NCBI GenBank assembly: GCA_964270895.1
Contig: OZ185440.1
DNA from: Podarcis filfolensis
Lineage: Eukaryota
Length of the DNA stretch: 64,000 nt
Reading direction: 5' to 3' (one strand)
A program made the position numbers and the translations under genes. Within the stretch, counting starts at the first letter, position 1; each line of letters starts with the position of its first letter. Positions 61,524 through 64,000 of the stretch are shown one piece after another. The notes under the pieces are model-generated. The model searched no databases. It saw only the letters and a program-made list of their open reading frames with translations, and was not told the DNA's origin.

Positions 61524-63554
61524 CCCGACATGGGAACTGTTCCTGAAGAAATGCTTCTCACAGGCAGATGCTCCCTCCGACCATTTGATGCACCTGTTTA
61601 CCCACCTACCTATTTGGCCTCCCACCGATCCTGACGAAATAGCCAAGTTAATAGCTCAGCTGAAACCGGGCAAAGCCCCTGGGCCCGACCTGATCCCTGC
61701 TGAAGCCATCAAACTACACCCAAAATGGTGGGCCGGCATCTTGGCCAAAACCTTCGATGCAATCAACGCTTCCGGTCTCATCCCCAAAATATGGAAGGAG
61801 GCCATTATAGTACCAATTCATAAAAAAGGCTCTCCAAAGGAGCCGGAAAACTACCGTAACATCAGCCTCCTTTCGATCATAGGGAAAATTTATGCCAGCT
61901 TTTTGATGACTAAATTATTGCGATGGGTAGATGAGACTAACCAGATTGGCCACGAACAAGCAGGGTTCAGAACTAAACGCTCTACAACCGATCATGCGAT
62001 AGTGCTTTATAATCTGGCACGGAAGTACTCCTCCCCTCCCCGGGACTACCTCTGTGCTGCCTTCTTAGATCTAAAGGCAGCTTTTGACAGCGTTCCTAGA
62101 AATATTCTTTGGGAGAAACTTGCGAAACAGGGCATTGATAGAAGACTCTTATGGCTCATAAGCCAGCTCCACGAAGGTACCCTTGCCAGAGTGAGATTCA
62201 CTCCAGCGGGCGACCTTACAAATTCGATACCAATAAACAAGGGAGTGCGCCAAGGATGTATATTGGCTCCCTGCCTATTCAACCTATTCATCAGCGACAT
62301 GCGAGCACCCCTAGTTAACTCATCTCCTAGTACACACGCGCCTAGACTAGCGGACTACCGCTGCCCACTCCTTTTATATGCGGACGACGCGGTAATTCTA
62401 TCTTATACACGTGTTGGACTAACCAGAGCTCTGAAGATCTTTGCCACGTATTGTCAACTCAATCAATTAACCATCAACCATGCTAAGTCCAAGATTCTGA
62501 TTTTCTCCAGAAGCCGGAGATTATACAAATGGAAGCTTGGTGGAGCAAAAATAGAGCAAGTCCTAAAATTTCAATACCTAGGAGTTATTTTTCAATACAA
62601 TTTGGGGTGGAAAGCTCAAGTTCAACACCTACTTAACAAGGCCAAAACCTTGTCATATGCGCTCCTCCGATTCTTCTTTTCGGACGGAGCTTTGCATGTT
62701 CCCTCGGCCCTAAAGTGTTCAAGGCTAAAGTGGTTGCCGTGCTTGCTTATGCTGCCCCGCTCTGGGCCGTGATGACAGATCTTGCTCCCCTTGAGACTCT
62801 GCAAAGCCAATTCCTACGTCGGCTCCTAATGCTCCCCCTGTGCGTAAGCAACGCAGCCATGCGACTAGAATTGAAGGTCGCATCCTTAGAAACTTGCCTG
62901 TGGAAGCAAGTCTTCAATTACTGGTTATCATTGTGGCATAGATTACCAAACCATTACCTTGTCCAATGCTTATGGCGAGATGAATTCTCTAGCCTTTGGA
63001 CTAGTAGAATTCATGCCAAACTCCTAAGTTATGGAATCTCTCCCTCAGATTCCCTAAAACTAGGCCAAATCACTGCTCAAAGACTGATCCGCCAAAGACT
63101 GGATGACATCGATCTACAGCGAAATTATATGCTGGGGGGAGGTGTTTGTTCGCCTCAGAACATTGGTATCACTTTAACTTACTGTGTTCCATCATACCTC
63201 TCCTCCCTTTCGACTGTTGCCCATAGACTGGCCTTCACCAAAGCGAGGTTTAACGTTTTTCCCTCCAATGTCCTGAGACATAGGTTCTCAAAGGGCCAAG
63301 CCCCCGCCGTGTGCGAATGTGATAAGGTGACGCCGGAGTCACTCCAGCACATTATGTTCACTTGCCCCTTGTTTAATGTGCCACGGGCAAATTTGTTGGG
63401 ATCAATCATACAGAAACTAGAGGGTACCCCACCAAAATTCCACCTTGCCCAAATCTTGCAGGACAAGGATACCCACACGACCCTGAAGGTGGCTAGGTTC
63501 CTAGTTGCTGTCCTTTCCCAAAAGCGACGCCAAGGAGCTCTACAAGCTAATTAA
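61524..63554 (+). pseudogene. LINE ORF2 fragment: reverse transcriptase plus zinc knuckle, with one frameshift near 62713
   Basis: Motifs PGKAPGPD, NYRNISLL, EQAGFR, FLDLKAAFDSV, GVRQGCILAP, YADD, FQYLG; continues in another frame to CECDKVTPESLQHIMFTC and TAA at 63552-54; endonuclease domain absent. Confidence 0.92.
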
Positions 63555-63733
63555 GGCGTAGTATGCCTTTCCATTTTATAGTATTTTATTGTTTATAGTA
63601 TTTTACTATTTTATTGTTATAGTGGTGTTTTAGCGATTGCTTTTTTCCCCCCTACGGCACAAGCTGTTATTTATGTGTTGTTTTTACCTGTATGGGCCTA
63701 TGGCCGTAATAAATGAAATTTCAATTTCAATTT
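61524..63733 (+). mobile_element. Young 5'-truncated non-LTR retrotransposon (RTE-X/RTEX-like), 2210 bp
   Basis: Exact 10-bp TSD CAGTGGTCAG (61514-23 and 63734-43); RT ORF plus C-terminal CxC...HxxxxC knuckle; AATAAA and (TTTCAA)n tail. The clade call rests on motif style and is unverified. Confidence 0.88.
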
Positions 63734-64000
63734 CAGTGGTCAGGGATGATGGGATTTGTAGTCCAACAACCTCTGGGGACCCAAGGTTGAGAGTAGGCTG
63801 TTTTAGAGGGTTAAATCCCACAGAGTTATTCCAATGCAAGTCCTGAAGTGGATAAATCTAAGTAACTTGCAGTCTGTTCTGCAACCCAGTTAAAGCAAAG
63901 TACTACCATTTAAGCCAATTGTAGTACTGTTGACTTCAATGGGGCTCTAATCAGTTTAAATCTAAGGTTACCAATTTAACTATAGAGAGGATCAGGCTGC

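Larger units (their letters stand above)
61444..63800. mobile_element. hAT-type MITE split by the LINE insertion (halves 61444-61523 and 63734-63800)
   Basis: TIR CAGCCTTTCTCAACCTTGG / CCAAGGTTGAGAGTAGGCTG; the halves rejoin at the duplicated CAGTGGTCAG. Confidence 0.85.

Noticed and set aside
61516-63554. Reverse transcriptase as a retron, group II intron or other novel RT system
   Set aside because: It has a TSD, a 5' truncation, an AATAAA plus microsatellite tail and LINE-type RT motifs, so it is an ordinary non-LTR retrotransposon copy.

Overview
Vertebrate genomic DNA, not prokaryotic. The window holds 21 consecutive coding exons of the collagen XI alpha-1 gene (COL11A1) on the + strand, from 292 to 58705. 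Spliced together they give 1404 nt = 468 aa = 156 uninterrupted Gly-X-Y triplets. Every exon is phase 0, starts with a Gly codon, is 45/54/90/108 nt long and has GT-AG ends. From my recollection of the human exon-size order they correspond to about exons 26-46; neither end of the gene is in the window. The repeats (Sauria SINEs, tRNA/CR1-tail SINEs, a CORE/MIR-like SINE, CR1, L2, L1, RTE-X-like LINEs, Gypsy-type solo LTRs, hAT and Tc1/mariner MITEs) point to a squamate, most likely a lacertid lizard (inference). There is one 213-N assembly gap. Almost all ORFs in the supplied track are spurious or TE-derived. I found no convincing new biological system. The best leads are: (i) a very young, nearly intact 2.2-kb RTE-X-like LINE with an exact TSD, plus a second divergent family that shares its 3' hairpin-AATAAA motif; (ii) several CpG-retaining patches in otherwise CpG-poor, unique intronic DNA, the largest covering the heparin-binding exon cluster together with a G-quadruplex motif; (iii) a strong CTCF-like motif; (iv) a sense-oriented solo LTR carrying a poly(A) signal; (v) several isolated hairpins and nested-TE structures. 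All counts were made by eye and no database searches were run.
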